A DNA stretch of 64,000 nucleotides from Flavobacteriaceae bacterium (lineage in GTDB: Bacteria; Bacteroidota; Bacteroidia; Flavobacteriales; Flavobacteriaceae). The translations under genes and the position numbers were made by a program. The notes under the pieces were generated by a model. The model was not told the DNA's origin. It did not search any database and saw only the letters and a program-made list of their open reading frames with translations. Numbering within the stretch: the first letter of the stretch is position 1; each line of letters starts with the position of its first letter. Shown piece after piece: positions 20,015 to 29,753 of the stretch. Location: NCBI GenBank assembly GCA_030835825.1, contig JAURRA010000003.1, positions 7,038 to 71,037 on the forward strand, in the 5' to 3' direction.

Positions 20015-20019
20015 GACAA

Positions 20020-20913
20020 TTATTTTCCTGATCTAAAAAGAAAATCCTTTTCTTTCTGAGATAAGCTTTCATAACCACTTTTACTGATTTTGTCGAGAAT
20101 CAAATCAATTTGCTTTTGCTTCGTAAAAGATTGGAATTCGTCTTTTGAATGACCACCCATAGAGTCGGTGTTTTTTTGCCGATATACTTTTTTAAAGCCC
20201 CTATTGCGGTTCCAATTAAACCAACCCACTACCGACGCCATCAATTGTTCAAATCCCGATCCTATATTCACACCCTTTTTCAATTGATAGGCATACAGCG
20301 CACCCAAAAAATCACCGCCTAAATGAGCTAAATTACCTCCAGCATTTGGCCCAATTAGGCCCATTAAATCAAAAAAGACGGCAGCCATGCCTATATACTT
20401 CATTTCAACGGTAAACATGAACAATCGAACCCGATAGTGCGACACATAAACGGCTAAAAATATCAAAAGAGATCTGATTCCAGCAGATGCTCCAATCAAT
20501 GAGCCACCTCCCAGTGAATTGCCACTCATAACAAGAAGATTATTGACCAACAAAAAGGAGGCAGCACCGACCAAAATACCCATAAAAAATACATTCAAGG
20601 TAAGCCTTGGGTTAACCAAATTCTGGCAGAATTGCACCAGGCAGTAAAAGACTAGCATGTTAAAAAAGAAGTGCCAAAGATCAAAATGCACAAAGCCATA
20701 GGTGAAAATTACCCACGGTCGATATAAGAGATCTGAAAATTCTGAAGGTAGAGCGAGCCAATTCTGAAGATTAAATTGGGCCTTTAGACCGGTCAAAGAA
20801 TAAATAGAAACAATAGCAAACACTAATGCGTTGACAACTATAATGCGATTGAACACATCAAAACTCCGCCAGCTATCTCGCCATTTATCAACCCATGAAT
20901 TCATCAGTTCCAA
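20020..20913 (-). CDS. Rhomboid family intramembrane serine protease (copy 2, with C-terminal soluble tail)
   Basis: 297 aa. FVHFDLWHFFFNM, GASAGI (Ser), and AHLGGDFLG (His). Confidence 0.8.
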   Translation of the reverse strand: MELMNSWVDKWRDSWRSFDVFNRIIVVNALVFAIVSIYSLTGLKAQFNLQNWLALPSEFSDLLYRPWVIFTYGFVHFDLWHFFFNMLVFYCLVQFCQNLVNPRLTLNVFFMGILVGAASFLLVNNLLVMSGNSLGGGSLIGASAGIRSLLIFLAVYVSHYRVRLFMFTVEMKYIGMAAVFFDLMGLIGPNAGGNLAHLGGDFLGALYAYQLKKGVNIGSGFEQLMASVVGWFNWNRNRGFKKVYRQKNTDSMGGHSKDEFQSFTKQKQIDLILDKISKSGYESLSQKEKDFLFRSGK

Positions 20914-21725
20914 CGGTACTTATCAAATTGATTTTTTCTCCAAAAATACATGATGACGAAACCAGTAAGGGCACCGCCTATATGAGCTACATAGGCTGTG
21001 TTACTTGGACTAAAAATTGAAACGCCTGTTAGGGCCGAAAACAAATCCAAAGCTATGATTGCTGGAATAAAATACTTAGCCTTAATAGGAATAGGAAGAA
21101 AAATTAACATCAGTTTATGTTCTGGAAATAACATTCCGAAAGCCACAAGGACACCCATTATAGCACCAGAGGCCCCCACCATTGACTGAAAATTCACAGT
21201 ATTTAACTTAAATATATCCATAAACAAGTCGTCGTTAATTGATTGGGTGGATAGTCCATAATTTTCAAGTATTGGTCCCATTTTCTCGTACAATATTCTT
21301 CCTTCAAAACGATCGGCGCGAACTATATCTAAATTCATCAGTTGGGTGATCAAATCACCTGAAAACCCTGCGTTTTCAAGCTCTGATATATGCGGCATGA
21401 CTTGGATATAATAAACTACAAAACTCAAAAAAACCGCTCCAAGACCGCACGATATATAAAAAAACAAAAATTTCTTCTGACCCATAACCTGTTCAACAGT
21501 TGTGCCAAACATCCATAAGGCGAACATATTGAACAAAATATGTTCAAACCCACCATGCATAAACATATGTGTGATTAACTGCCAAGGCTTAAACAGATCA
21601 TTGTGAGGAAAATACAGCGCGAACCATTCGAAGAAAAGATCTTTGTTTCCCATGAAAAAGGCACCCGCAAATACAATTAGGTTAATAATTATTAAATGCT
21701 TTACTGTATCGCTAATTCCTCTCAT
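20904..21725 (-). CDS. Rhomboid family intramembrane serine protease (copy 1)
   Basis: 273 aa. MFMHGGFEHILFNMFALW, GASGAIMG (Ser), and AHIGGALTG (His). Confidence 0.85.
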   Translation of the reverse strand: MRGISDTVKHLIIINLIVFAGAFFMGNKDLFFEWFALYFPHNDLFKPWQLITHMFMHGGFEHILFNMFALWMFGTTVEQVMGQKKFLFFYISCGLGAVFLSFVVYYIQVMPHISELENAGFSGDLITQLMNLDIVRADRFEGRILYEKMGPILENYGLSTQSINDDLFMDIFKLNTVNFQSMVGASGAIMGVLVAFGMLFPEHKLMLIFLPIPIKAKYFIPAIIALDLFSALTGVSIFSPSNTAYVAHIGGALTGFVIMYFWRKNQFDKYRWN

Positions 21726-21736
21726 AAAAAATAAAT

Positions 21737-23566
21737 TTAAAAGCTTTGATCAATGTCATCGAGAGACCAAGTTGAAAAAGTGGGTTTTTGATCGGGTGAG
21801 ACGTTTGGTGCTTGACAGGCAAATAACTTGTCTAATAAATCTATTTGCTCTTCCTGACTGAGTGCCTTACCTGTAGGCACTGATAAAGATTTAGACAAAG
21901 CTGTAGCCAATAAATCAGACTGACTGAAATGCTGACCTGAAATCTCAGAATTGGCTGTTTCAATCAATTGATCTAAAACAGAACCTACCTCAGACTCCGG
22001 TACCATTGTTGGAATACCCGTTAGCACTACATCGTGATCACCTTCAAACTGAAATCCAATATGATCTAAAGTATCTTTCAGTTCCTTTAGAGCTAACTGC
22101 TCTCGCTGATTTAAATCCAATGTTAAAGGAAACAATAGTTGCTGGGAGTGGCCTTTTGAATCACTCAATTTATGCAGAATATCTTCGTATAAGACCCTTT
22201 GGTGGGCCCGATTTTGATGAACGAAAAGCAAACCCTTATTCAGAGGTTTTACAATATATTTTCGATGGAGTTGAAAGCATTTGGATTGTATTTGCTCAGG
22301 GGCATCAAAAGCAGCTAGCTGGCTGCTCGTTCGATCCTCAAATTGTTCTAAATGATGATCATCGTTGGAATTAGAAGAAGATTGAAGTCCGATATATAAA
22401 CCTTCCCAATTGGGATTAGTCGCCTTGTTGGGCGTATACGAAGAACCTTTCTGAGTAGCCTTGAAAGGATTGAATTGACCATCAAAAGAAACCTCCGGAG
22501 CTTGGGCGCCTTGCTTCATTTGTCCATAAGATGGCCCGAGGTCCACGTCTCCATCAAAATCTAAAACAGGTGCAATTTGATACTGTCCAAGACTGTGTTT
22601 AACTGCGGCTCTTAAAATGGCATAAATACTGTGGTCATCTTCAAACTTAATTTCTGTTTTGGTCGGGTGAATATTGATGTCAATGGAATGAGGGTCAACC
22701 TTCAAGAATAGAAAATAGCTAGGACGCAATGGCGCAGCGAGCAATCCTTCAAAAGCGTTTTCAACGGCATGGCCGAGATATGCGTTTTTGATATAGCGAT
22801 TGTTTACAAACAAAAACTGCTCAGACCTGCTTCGTTTAGCGTGAGATGGTTTTCCAACAAAACCAGAAACCTCCACCAAATCAGTATCTTCATTGATAGG
22901 AACCAATTTGTCATTAATTTTTTGACCAAATATGCCAACTATCCGTTGTTTCAAATTTCCTTCCGGCAGGTGAAACAATTCTGTATTATTGTGAGTCAAA
23001 ACAAATTTTAGCTGTTCATGAGCCAGGGCCACGCGGTGAAATTCGTCTAAAATGTGACGAAACTCAACGGCATCAGATTTTAGAAAATTTCGGCGCGCTG
23101 GAATATTGAAAAATAAATTCTTGACTGACACAGAGGTGCCTGTGGAACAGGTAGTAACTCCTTGGTCAATTACCTTACTTCCTTCCATTTTTATCAGACA
23201 ACCGACCTCATCAGCTGGACGCTTGGTTTTCAATTCTACTTGAGCAACAGCACCGATGCTTGCCAGAGCCTCACCACGAAAACCTTTGGTGCTCAAATTA
23301 AAAAGATCGTTGGCAGTGGTAATCTTAGAAGTCGCATGACGCTCAAAACTCAATCGGGCATCGGTTGGACTCATGCCTGTGCCGTTATCAATAACCTGAA
23401 TCAAAGATTTTCCTGAATCCTTGACCACTAACTGAATAATTGTTGCTTTGGCATCAATGGCATTCTCTAGTAATTCTTTAACCACAGAGGCAGGGCGTTG
23501 AACCACCTCTCCAGCTGCTATCTGATTGGCCACATGATCTGGCAATAATTTAATGCAGTCTGTCAT
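21737..23566 (-). CDS. mutL: DNA mismatch repair protein MutL
   Basis: 609 aa. LPDHVANQIAAGEVVQRPASVVKELLENAIDA, DNGTGM, and GFRGEAL. Confidence 0.93.
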   Translation of the reverse strand: MTDCIKLLPDHVANQIAAGEVVQRPASVVKELLENAIDAKATIIQLVVKDSGKSLIQVIDNGTGMSPTDARLSFERHATSKITTANDLFNLSTKGFRGEALASIGAVAQVELKTKRPADEVGCLIKMEGSKVIDQGVTTCSTGTSVSVKNLFFNIPARRNFLKSDAVEFRHILDEFHRVALAHEQLKFVLTHNNTELFHLPEGNLKQRIVGIFGQKINDKLVPINEDTDLVEVSGFVGKPSHAKRSRSEQFLFVNNRYIKNAYLGHAVENAFEGLLAAPLRPSYFLFLKVDPHSIDINIHPTKTEIKFEDDHSIYAILRAAVKHSLGQYQIAPVLDFDGDVDLGPSYGQMKQGAQAPEVSFDGQFNPFKATQKGSSYTPNKATNPNWEGLYIGLQSSSNSNDDHHLEQFEDRTSSQLAAFDAPEQIQSKCFQLHRKYIVKPLNKGLLFVHQNRAHQRVLYEDILHKLSDSKGHSQQLLFPLTLDLNQREQLALKELKDTLDHIGFQFEGDHDVVLTGIPTMVPESEVGSVLDQLIETANSEISGQHFSQSDLLATALSKSLSVPTGKALSQEEQIDLLDKLFACQAPNVSPDQKPTFSTWSLDDIDQSF

Positions 23567-23569
23567 GGT

Positions 23570-23875
23570 CTATCTTCTGAAGAATATGGATAAATCAAAA
23601 TCCAAAATGTAGAGGACTATCAAAATCAAGATTAGCAGTATAATCAGCATTCTTTTAGACAAACCTCTATTATTGCGAGTTCTACTGTTTTTGCGTTCCT
23701 CAAGCCATTTTGAGGAAATATCACCCGCATTAGTTGTTTCTCGATATCGGTCGAAACGAGATCCCATTTCATAAGGATTATCTAATTCTTTACCCTTGTA
23801 ATATCTAGGGGTGTAATTGTACCGACGATTAGAACGTTGTTTAAAAAAATTGATTCGCAAAATAAAGGATTTCAA
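23570..23875 (-). CDS. Small conserved-looking membrane protein, unknown function
   Basis: 101 aa. Basic N-terminal part (RRYNYTPRYYKGKE) and a C-terminal TM segment (MLIILLILILIVLYIL). TTG start, 3 nt upstream of mutL. The start is uncertain. Confidence 0.5.
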   Translation of the reverse strand: MKSFILRINFFKQRSNRRYNYTPRYYKGKELDNPYEMGSRFDRYRETTNAGDISSKWLEERKNSRTRNNRGLSKRMLIILLILILIVLYILDFDLSIFFRR

Positions 23876-23927
23876 AGGACTAAATTAAGCAATTTAAAAG
23901 AGATGGGCGGTCGCTTTTCTCAAATAC

Positions 23928-24413
23928 TCAATCGAAGTTTGCTTTTTTCAACAGACCCATTCGAACGGCTGCTTCTGCCGCTTCAGAACCTTTGTTGCCT
24001 AGTTTACCACCCGAGCGATCTTGGGCTTGCTGCAGCGTGTCATCTGTGAGAACGCAGAAGATCACTGGAGTTTTTTCTTTCGCATTGAGTTCTGCCAAAC
24101 CAAAAGACACCGCTTGACAAACAAAATCAAAATGACTCGTTTCTCCTCTAATGACACTACCGATGGCAATGACAGCGTCCACATTGCTATTTAGCATACA
24201 CTTGCTGCCATAGATCAATTCAAAGCTTCCAGGAACATTGGAACGTGTAATATTTTCCGGACTAACCCCAAGAATAACCAAGGTATCGAACGCAGCTTGA
24301 AAGAGATTTTCAGTAATATCAGAATTCCACTCGGCGACTGTAATACCAACACGCAACCTGTCGGCCATGGAAATCCGATTGGGTGCGTTGGTCTGTCGCA
24401 TTTTAGTGGCCAT
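23928..24413 (-). CDS. ribH: 6,7-dimethyl-8-ribityllumazine synthase
   Basis: 161 aa. RVGITVAEWNSDIT, VPGSFELIYG, and GSVIRGETSHFDFVCQ. Confidence 0.92.
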   Translation of the reverse strand: MATKMRQTNAPNRISMADRLRVGITVAEWNSDITENLFQAAFDTLVILGVSPENITRSNVPGSFELIYGSKCMLNSNVDAVIAIGSVIRGETSHFDFVCQAVSFGLAELNAKEKTPVIFCVLTDDTLQQAQDRSGGKLGNKGSEAAEAAVRMGLLKKANFD

Positions 24414-25180
24414 TATTTTGCCAATACTTCAGCTTTTCCGATCAGCACATCTACAGTAGATGCTTGTTTGCTACTTGGATATTCCAATTTAATACGCTGG
24501 AAATAAGTCAAAGCCAATGCCGCTTTGTTGAGCTGTAAAGCCAATTGCCCAGCTTTGTCTAAAAACATCGGTGTAGTGAAATCGTTTGTGGAAGCTTCAA
24601 TAGCCTTAGTATAGTAATCCAACCCTTCCTCCAATTGATCCAATTGAACAAAAGCATCACCAATAGCCCCTTTAGCAATTGGTTCTAATAATGAGTCATC
24701 AGTGTCAAAATCACTTAAATACTGGATAGCTTTTGGATAATCTTTTAAATTTAAATACAAGATGCCCGCGTAATACTTGGCCAGGTTCCCAGAGCCCGTA
24801 CTGCCATAGTTCTCAATTACCCCTAACATGCCAGACTTACTATCCTCACCTTGAAGTGCTATCGAAAATAAGGAGTCTTGAGCTGAACCAACGAAAGCAG
24901 CATCGAAAAGTTCTTGGGCAACATAGAGTTCATCTGCGGCCTCAGCAGCGTTTGGCTCACTGACGTATTTGCGGTAGGCCAATGACCCTAAAACTACAAT
25001 AGCGACAGAGGCCACCAAAGCATATATAAAACGCTGATTTTTAATCACCCACATTTCAGTCTTTGAAGCTCCCTCATCCAAGGTGTTGAAAACCCCAGCA
25101 GTAGTTGAAGATTTCTCTAGAGCTTCGATTGCTTCAGATTTGGTTTTAGGTTTGTATCCGCGTTTCTTGTAAGTTGCCAT
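24413..25180 (-). CDS. TPR-like membrane-anchored protein (YfgM-like architecture)
   Basis: 255 aa. One TM segment (FIYALVASVAIVVLGSLAY) followed by TPR-like helical repeats. Its TAA stop shares 1 nt with the ribH ATG (TAATG). Confidence 0.65.
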   Translation of the reverse strand: MATYKKRGYKPKTKSEAIEALEKSSTTAGVFNTLDEGASKTEMWVIKNQRFIYALVASVAIVVLGSLAYRKYVSEPNAAEAADELYVAQELFDAAFVGSAQDSLFSIALQGEDSKSGMLGVIENYGSTGSGNLAKYYAGILYLNLKDYPKAIQYLSDFDTDDSLLEPIAKGAIGDAFVQLDQLEEGLDYYTKAIEASTNDFTTPMFLDKAGQLALQLNKAALALTYFQRIKLEYPSSKQASTVDVLIGKAEVLAK

Positions 25181-25280
25181 GTGTATTTAATTTCAGCGCA
25201 AAAATATAACAAATATCAAGAATTAGAAGTCAAAAATATTGTAATTTCGAACTCAGTGCCTTAGCAGCATTTCTGCATCT

Positions 25281-26360
25281 ATGATTTTAAAGCATCTTTC
25301 ATTAGTCAATTATAAAAATTTCGAACAAAAAAATTTCGATTTTGGTTCAAAAATCAACTGTATTGTGGGAGACAATGGCAAGGGCAAAACCAATATTCTT
25401 GATGCTATTTACCATCTGTCGTTTTGCAAGAGTTATTTCAATCCGATATCTGCCCAAAACATCAGACACAACGAGGAATTTTTCGTAATTAACGGCACCT
25501 ACAACCAAGACAATCAGGAGGAAAAGGTAGTTGTCTCGTTCAAAAAGGGACAAAAAAAAATTGTCAAAAGAAATAATAAAATTTATGATCGTCTGAGTGA
25601 TCATATTGGATTGATCCCTGCGGTAATTATCTCACCGGCAGATCGGGATTTGATAACTGAAGGCAGCGAGACGAGAAGAAAATTCATGGATGGGGTTATT
25701 GTTCAGAGCAACAAAATCTATCTGGAACAGTTAATGACCTATCAAAAAATAGTTGCTCAACGGAATGCGCTACTCAAGTATTTTGCAAAAAACAACACCT
25801 TCAATCCGTCAAGCATTGATGTATACAATGATCAAATGGTGCAGTTGGGACAGTATATTCATACCGCCAGAGCAGCATTTATTGAAAGTTTTGGACCCAT
25901 TTTAAAAAAACACTATGCCGCCATAAGCAGCGGCAATGAGCAGGTTGAGTTGGTCTATCAAAGCGATTTAAACCACCAAGAATTTGATGCCTTATTGAGT
26001 CTCAATTTACAAAAAGATCGTCTTGCGCAATACAGCACTGTTGGTGTTCATAAAGACGATTTACTGTTTAAAATCGACGGCTACCCCATCAATAAATTCG
26101 GAAGTCAAGGTCAGCAAAAATCATTTCTCATCGCTTTGAAATTGGCTCAATTCGATTTTATAAAAGCGCAAAAAAAAGTAACCCCTTTACTCCTATTGGA
26201 TGATATTTTTGACAAGTTGGATGAGCAACGGGTTGGGAAAATCATTCAACTGGTGGACAATGATTTTTTTGGACAAATATTTATCAGCGATACCCACCAC
26301 GAACGAACTGAAAAAGCGGTTAAGTTGGTACATCAATCTTATCAATTCCATTATTTGTGA
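25281..26360 (+). CDS. recF: DNA replication and repair protein RecF
   Basis: 359 aa. LSLVNYKNF, Walker A motif [14 protein letters not shown], signature SQGQQKS, and [12 protein letters not shown]. Confidence 0.92.
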   Translation: MILKHLSLVNYKNFEQKNFDFGSKINCIVGDNGKGKTNILDAIYHLSFCKSYFNPISAQNIRHNEEFFVINGTYNQDNQEEKVVVSFKKGQKKIVKRNNKIYDRLSDHIGLIPAVIISPADRDLITEGSETRRKFMDGVIVQSNKIYLEQLMTYQKIVAQRNALLKYFAKNNTFNPSSIDVYNDQMVQLGQYIHTARAAFIESFGPILKKHYAAISSGNEQVELVYQSDLNHQEFDALLSLNLQKDRLAQYSTVGVHKDDLLFKIDGYPINKFGSQGQQKSFLIALKLAQFDFIKAQKKVTPLLLLDDIFDKLDEQRVGKIIQLVDNDFFGQIFISDTHHERTEKAVKLVHQSYQFHYL

Positions 26361-26779
26361 AAAAATTGACTTTTTACTTGCTTGCGTTTTGTCTTTTCGG
26401 CTGTGGCCTTCAATCGGAAGACTTCAGTTATTTGGAAGGTTTCTGGGAAATCCAATCGGTAAAAATCAACGGGCAAACCAATAAATCCTTCAAAGCGAGT
26501 ATCAATATAGATCATTACGTTTTTAAAGATTCTATGAGTGGGATCTTCCAGAAAGTGATTCCTCAATTCGACGGTCAATTTAAAGCTTCGGAAAATTACA
26601 GCGTTTTTTCAGTTCAAAAAGTGAACAATCGTTGGTGGATCTACCACACCAATATTGATCAAAATTATCGTTTAAAAGTCATTGATCTGAGTAGTGATTT
26701 ACTCATTTTGCGAAAAGACTCGAGCACAACTGACTATGTCTACAAACGTTTCGAACCCTTAAACCTCGGCGATTTATGA
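26357..26779 (+). CDS. Small lipoprotein, unknown function
   Basis: 140 aa. Lipobox LFGCG. GTG start overlapping the recF stop. Confidence 0.5.
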   Translation: MKKLTFYLLAFCLFGCGLQSEDFSYLEGFWEIQSVKINGQTNKSFKASINIDHYVFKDSMSGIFQKVIPQFDGQFKASENYSVFSVQKVNNRWWIYHTNIDQNYRLKVIDLSSDLLILRKDSSTTDYVYKRFEPLNLGDL

Positions 26780-27069
26780 GCAGATCTAAAGATGGTGTCA
26801 AACTAGATGATATTTTAGGGTCATTTAGTGAACAAAAACACCTCAAGTCGGGATTGAAAAAAGTGCGTGCTGAGCAAGCGTGGAAGGAAGTAATGGGCCC
26901 TGGTGTCAATCACTACACGGTCAGTGTATCCTATAGAAGTGAGTGTCTGCATGTCATCTTGAACTCCTCGGTACTCAGAGAAGAACTGAGTTACGGCAAA
27001 CAAAAAATAATCGGTATTCTCAATGACCACTTGGGTGAAAATACAATTAAAGAAATATTCCTGAAATGA
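26776..27069 (+). CDS. DUF721 (DciA-like) domain protein
   Basis: 97 aa. LKKVRAEQAWKEVMGPGVNHYTVSVSYRSECLHVILNSSVLREELSY matches the DUF721 pattern usually found downstream of recF. Confidence 0.7.
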   Translation: MSRSKDGVKLDDILGSFSEQKHLKSGLKKVRAEQAWKEVMGPGVNHYTVSVSYRSECLHVILNSSVLREELSYGKQKIIGILNDHLGENTIKEIFLK

Positions 27070-27605
27070 TTAAACTCTTATTAGTTCTATCCATGATTAG
27101 TCAAGCACCTCCCGGTTCCTCCTATATTCTTTCTGATTTCAGTCAAAGCAAGGAGGGCTCACAATGGTATGTTGTCGACGACCGAGTTATGGGAGGTATT
27201 TCCCAAGGGGAGATGCTCAGCCTAGCAGATGGTACAGGTATATTTAAGGGTGATGTATCCACAGCGAATAACGGTGGGTTTTCTTCCGTTCGTAAACCCA
27301 TACGGTTTGAGAACAAACAAGGCTACAATACCATTTTTTTAAAAGTAAAAGGTGATGGGAAATCCTACCAATTTAGAATAAAAGAGAAACCGTCAGACCA
27401 ATTTTCTTATATCCAAAACTTCAAGACGTCGGTACAATGGGAAGTCATTGAGCTGCAGTTGCGAGACTTCTATCCGGTTTTTAGAGGACGCAATTTGAGG
27501 CTTCCTAATTTTGGAGGCAAATTCATCAGAGAAATAGCCTTTCTCATAGGCAATAAAGTCAATGAAAAATTTGCCTTAGAAATCGAATCCATTTATCTAA
27601 AATAA
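27066..27605 (+). CDS. CIA30 (complex I intermediate-associated protein 30)-like family protein
   Basis: 179 aa. WYVVDDRVMGGISQGEM and NNGGFSSVR are typical CIA30 motifs. Signal-like N-terminus. Confidence 0.7.
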   Translation: MIKLLLVLSMISQAPPGSSYILSDFSQSKEGSQWYVVDDRVMGGISQGEMLSLADGTGIFKGDVSTANNGGFSSVRKPIRFENKQGYNTIFLKVKGDGKSYQFRIKEKPSDQFSYIQNFKTSVQWEVIELQLRDFYPVFRGRNLRLPNFGGKFIREIAFLIGNKVNEKFALEIESIYLK

Positions 27606-27631
27606 AAACACCCGCAGCTTAGCGGGTGTCT
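27606..27631. terminator. Rho-independent terminator, best oriented for ndk (minus strand) and possibly bidirectional
   Basis: ACACCCGC (27608-27615) / GCGGGTGT (27622-27629) stem. On the minus strand it is followed by TTTTATT. Confidence 0.65.
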
Positions 27632-27653
27632 TAAATCATCACATGGTATTCTG

Positions 27654-28073
27654 TTAAAATTGCTCTCGACCTGCAAAATGAAAAGCTGATTCAATGGCAG
27701 CATTATCATCACTATCACTGCCGTGAACTGCATTTTCACTAATCGAAGTAGCAAATAAATTTCTTATGGTTCCCTCAGCTGCATCTGCTGGATTCGTAGC
27801 ACCAATCAGTTTTCTAAAATCATCCACTGCATTGTCTTTCTCAAGAATAGCAGCAACTATTGGCCCACTAGTCATGTAGGCTACAAGTTCTCCGAAAAAT
27901 GGTCGTTCATTGTGCACCGCATAAAAAGCCTCTGCATCAGCCGTAGTGAGTTGGGTCATCTTTAATGCTACAATTCTAAATCCCGTTGCGGTGATTTTAT
28001 CTAAAATTGCGCCAATATGTCCATTTCTCACGGCATCTGGTTTAAGCATGGTAAAAGTTCTATTTGTTGCCAT
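27654..28073 (-). CDS. ndk: Nucleoside-diphosphate kinase
   Basis: 139 aa. [11 protein letters not shown] and NAVHGSDS (active-site His). Confidence 0.95.
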   Translation of the reverse strand: MATNRTFTMLKPDAVRNGHIGAILDKITATGFRIVALKMTQLTTADAEAFYAVHNERPFFGELVAYMTSGPIVAAILEKDNAVDDFRKLIGATNPADAAEGTIRNLFATSISENAVHGSDSDDNAAIESAFHFAGREQF

Positions 28074-28192
28074 ATTATTTTTTTATAGGGCGCAAAAGTA
28101 AGGGTTTATCTTTGAAAGACCTAAACAGACTTATTTAAAAAAGCCCAAATGTTCTGCTTTTATGTGATTGGATAAATTGTATCTTAGCGTCC

Positions 28193-29206
28193 ATGTCAAA
28201 AAATCACCAATCCAAAATACATCAGCTCCTTGAGAATCCGACCAAGATTGTCTTGGTAGCCCACCAAAATCCAGACGGCGACGCCATTGGATCAACTTTA
28301 GGACTGGGTATATATCTCCAACTTTTAGGACACCAAACACAGGTCATCGCCCCAAATGATTTTCCGAAATTTTTAAAATGGCTTCCTCAGGCATCTGATA
28401 TTTTAACTTATGAAAAGCAAACCGATGAGAGCCAGCAGTGCCTTCAAGAGGCTGAAATAGTTTTTATACTGGATTTCAACGCCCCTCAAAGAGCTGGTAA
28501 TGTCAGTGATGCTTTAATTGGTTTTAAAGGCATCAAAATCATGATTGATCACCATCAACAACCATCTGACTATGCCGATTTTATGATTTCAGACACATCG
28601 ATGAGTTCTACCTGTGAGATGATTTTTCACTTCATTAGCTCAAAACATCCTGAACTCATCACAAGTGATATTGCCAATTGTCTTTACTTGGGCATTATGA
28701 CTGACACTGGCTCATTTAAATTTGGCATCACCACAAGCACCACGCACAGAGTAGCTGCCGCCCTGATTGACCAAGGAGCAGCCCATACTCACATCCATGA
28801 GATGGTCTATGATAATAATCGATTGGAAAACCTCCAATTGTTGGGCCGCGCGCTACAAAACCTAAAGATTGTATCAGACCTTAGAACGGCCTATATTACC
28901 CTATCACAGGAGGATCTGGATGCTTTTGACTTCCAAAAAGGAGACACCGAGGGTATAGTGAATTATGCCCTATCCCTAGAAAATATTATTTTTGCTGCTA
29001 TCTTTATTGAACATAAAGAAGATGGTATCATCAAGATATCTCTGAGATCGAAAGGTGACTTCGATGTAAACGCTTTCTCACGGGCGCATTTTGAGGGTGG
29101 TGGCCATAGAAACGCCTCTGGAGGAAGAAGCAAACGAACTTTAAAAGTTACAGAAGATTACTTTTTAGACATTGTTAAAAATTATAAAAACGAATTGTCT
29201 GCATGA
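28193..29206 (+). CDS. DHH/DHHA1 phosphoesterase (NrnA-type oligoribonuclease/pAp phosphatase)
   Basis: 337 aa. HQNPDGDAIGS, IDHHQ, and the DHHA1 motif GGGHRNASGG. Confidence 0.85.
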   Translation: MSKNHQSKIHQLLENPTKIVLVAHQNPDGDAIGSTLGLGIYLQLLGHQTQVIAPNDFPKFLKWLPQASDILTYEKQTDESQQCLQEAEIVFILDFNAPQRAGNVSDALIGFKGIKIMIDHHQQPSDYADFMISDTSMSSTCEMIFHFISSKHPELITSDIANCLYLGIMTDTGSFKFGITTSTTHRVAAALIDQGAAHTHIHEMVYDNNRLENLQLLGRALQNLKIVSDLRTAYITLSQEDLDAFDFQKGDTEGIVNYALSLENIIFAAIFIEHKEDGIIKISLRSKGDFDVNAFSRAHFEGGGHRNASGGRSKRTLKVTEDYFLDIVKNYKNELSA

Positions 29207-29742
29207 TCAGATTACTTTTTCACGTTGGCCTTTTTATACTACTGGGATGCAAGCATCAAGAAGCCAGACGTCCTGTTGCTCAGACCCAAACGGATCGGTT
29301 TGAAAAATCTATTGAAAGAAATAAGCAGCGCTATGCTGATGAAGTAAAGGCTATACAATCTATCATAGACGACCTACCCAATTCTACCTTCAAACCTTCT
29401 GAAAGTGGATTTTGGTATAGCGTTATTTACAATCCAAAAAAAAACAATTATCATCCTCAATTCGGAGATAACATTAACTTTGACTTAAGCATCTCCTATT
29501 TGAACGGCCTTCTAATATATCCCGAGCAGAGCACGGCCAATCAAAGCTATGTCATGGATCAAGAGGCTCTTTTTAAAGGCTTGAGAGAAGGATTGAAACT
29601 GATGACCGAAGGTCAAAAAGTCGAATTTTTAATTCCATCACAGCTCGCCTATGGTTATTATGGCGACGGAGATTTAATTGGTCCTAACGTACCTCTTCGC
29701 TGCACAGTATTATTAAAATCTATTACCCAAAACAAAAATTAA
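29203..29742 (+). CDS. FKBP-type peptidyl-prolyl isomerase lipoprotein (GldI-like)
   Basis: 179 aa. Lipobox LLGC and a C-terminal FKBP fold (GLKLMTEGQKVEFLIPSQLAYG). Confidence 0.7.
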   Translation: MIRLLFHVGLFILLGCKHQEARRPVAQTQTDRFEKSIERNKQRYADEVKAIQSIIDDLPNSTFKPSESGFWYSVIYNPKKNNYHPQFGDNINFDLSISYLNGLLIYPEQSTANQSYVMDQEALFKGLREGLKLMTEGQKVEFLIPSQLAYGYYGDGDLIGPNVPLRCTVLLKSITQNKN

Positions 29743-29753
29743 ATATTGTACTT

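Noticed and set aside
22006-22374. Long antisense ORFs inside confirmed genes: 22006-22374 in mutL, 36162-36536 in coaBC, 40555-40917 in ligA, 62542-62895 in SulP, 9844-10200 in the mutase, and 358-636 opposite trxB
   Set aside because: They lie entirely within strongly supported genes on the other strand and have low-complexity or odd composition with no recognisable motifs. They are typical shadow ORFs.
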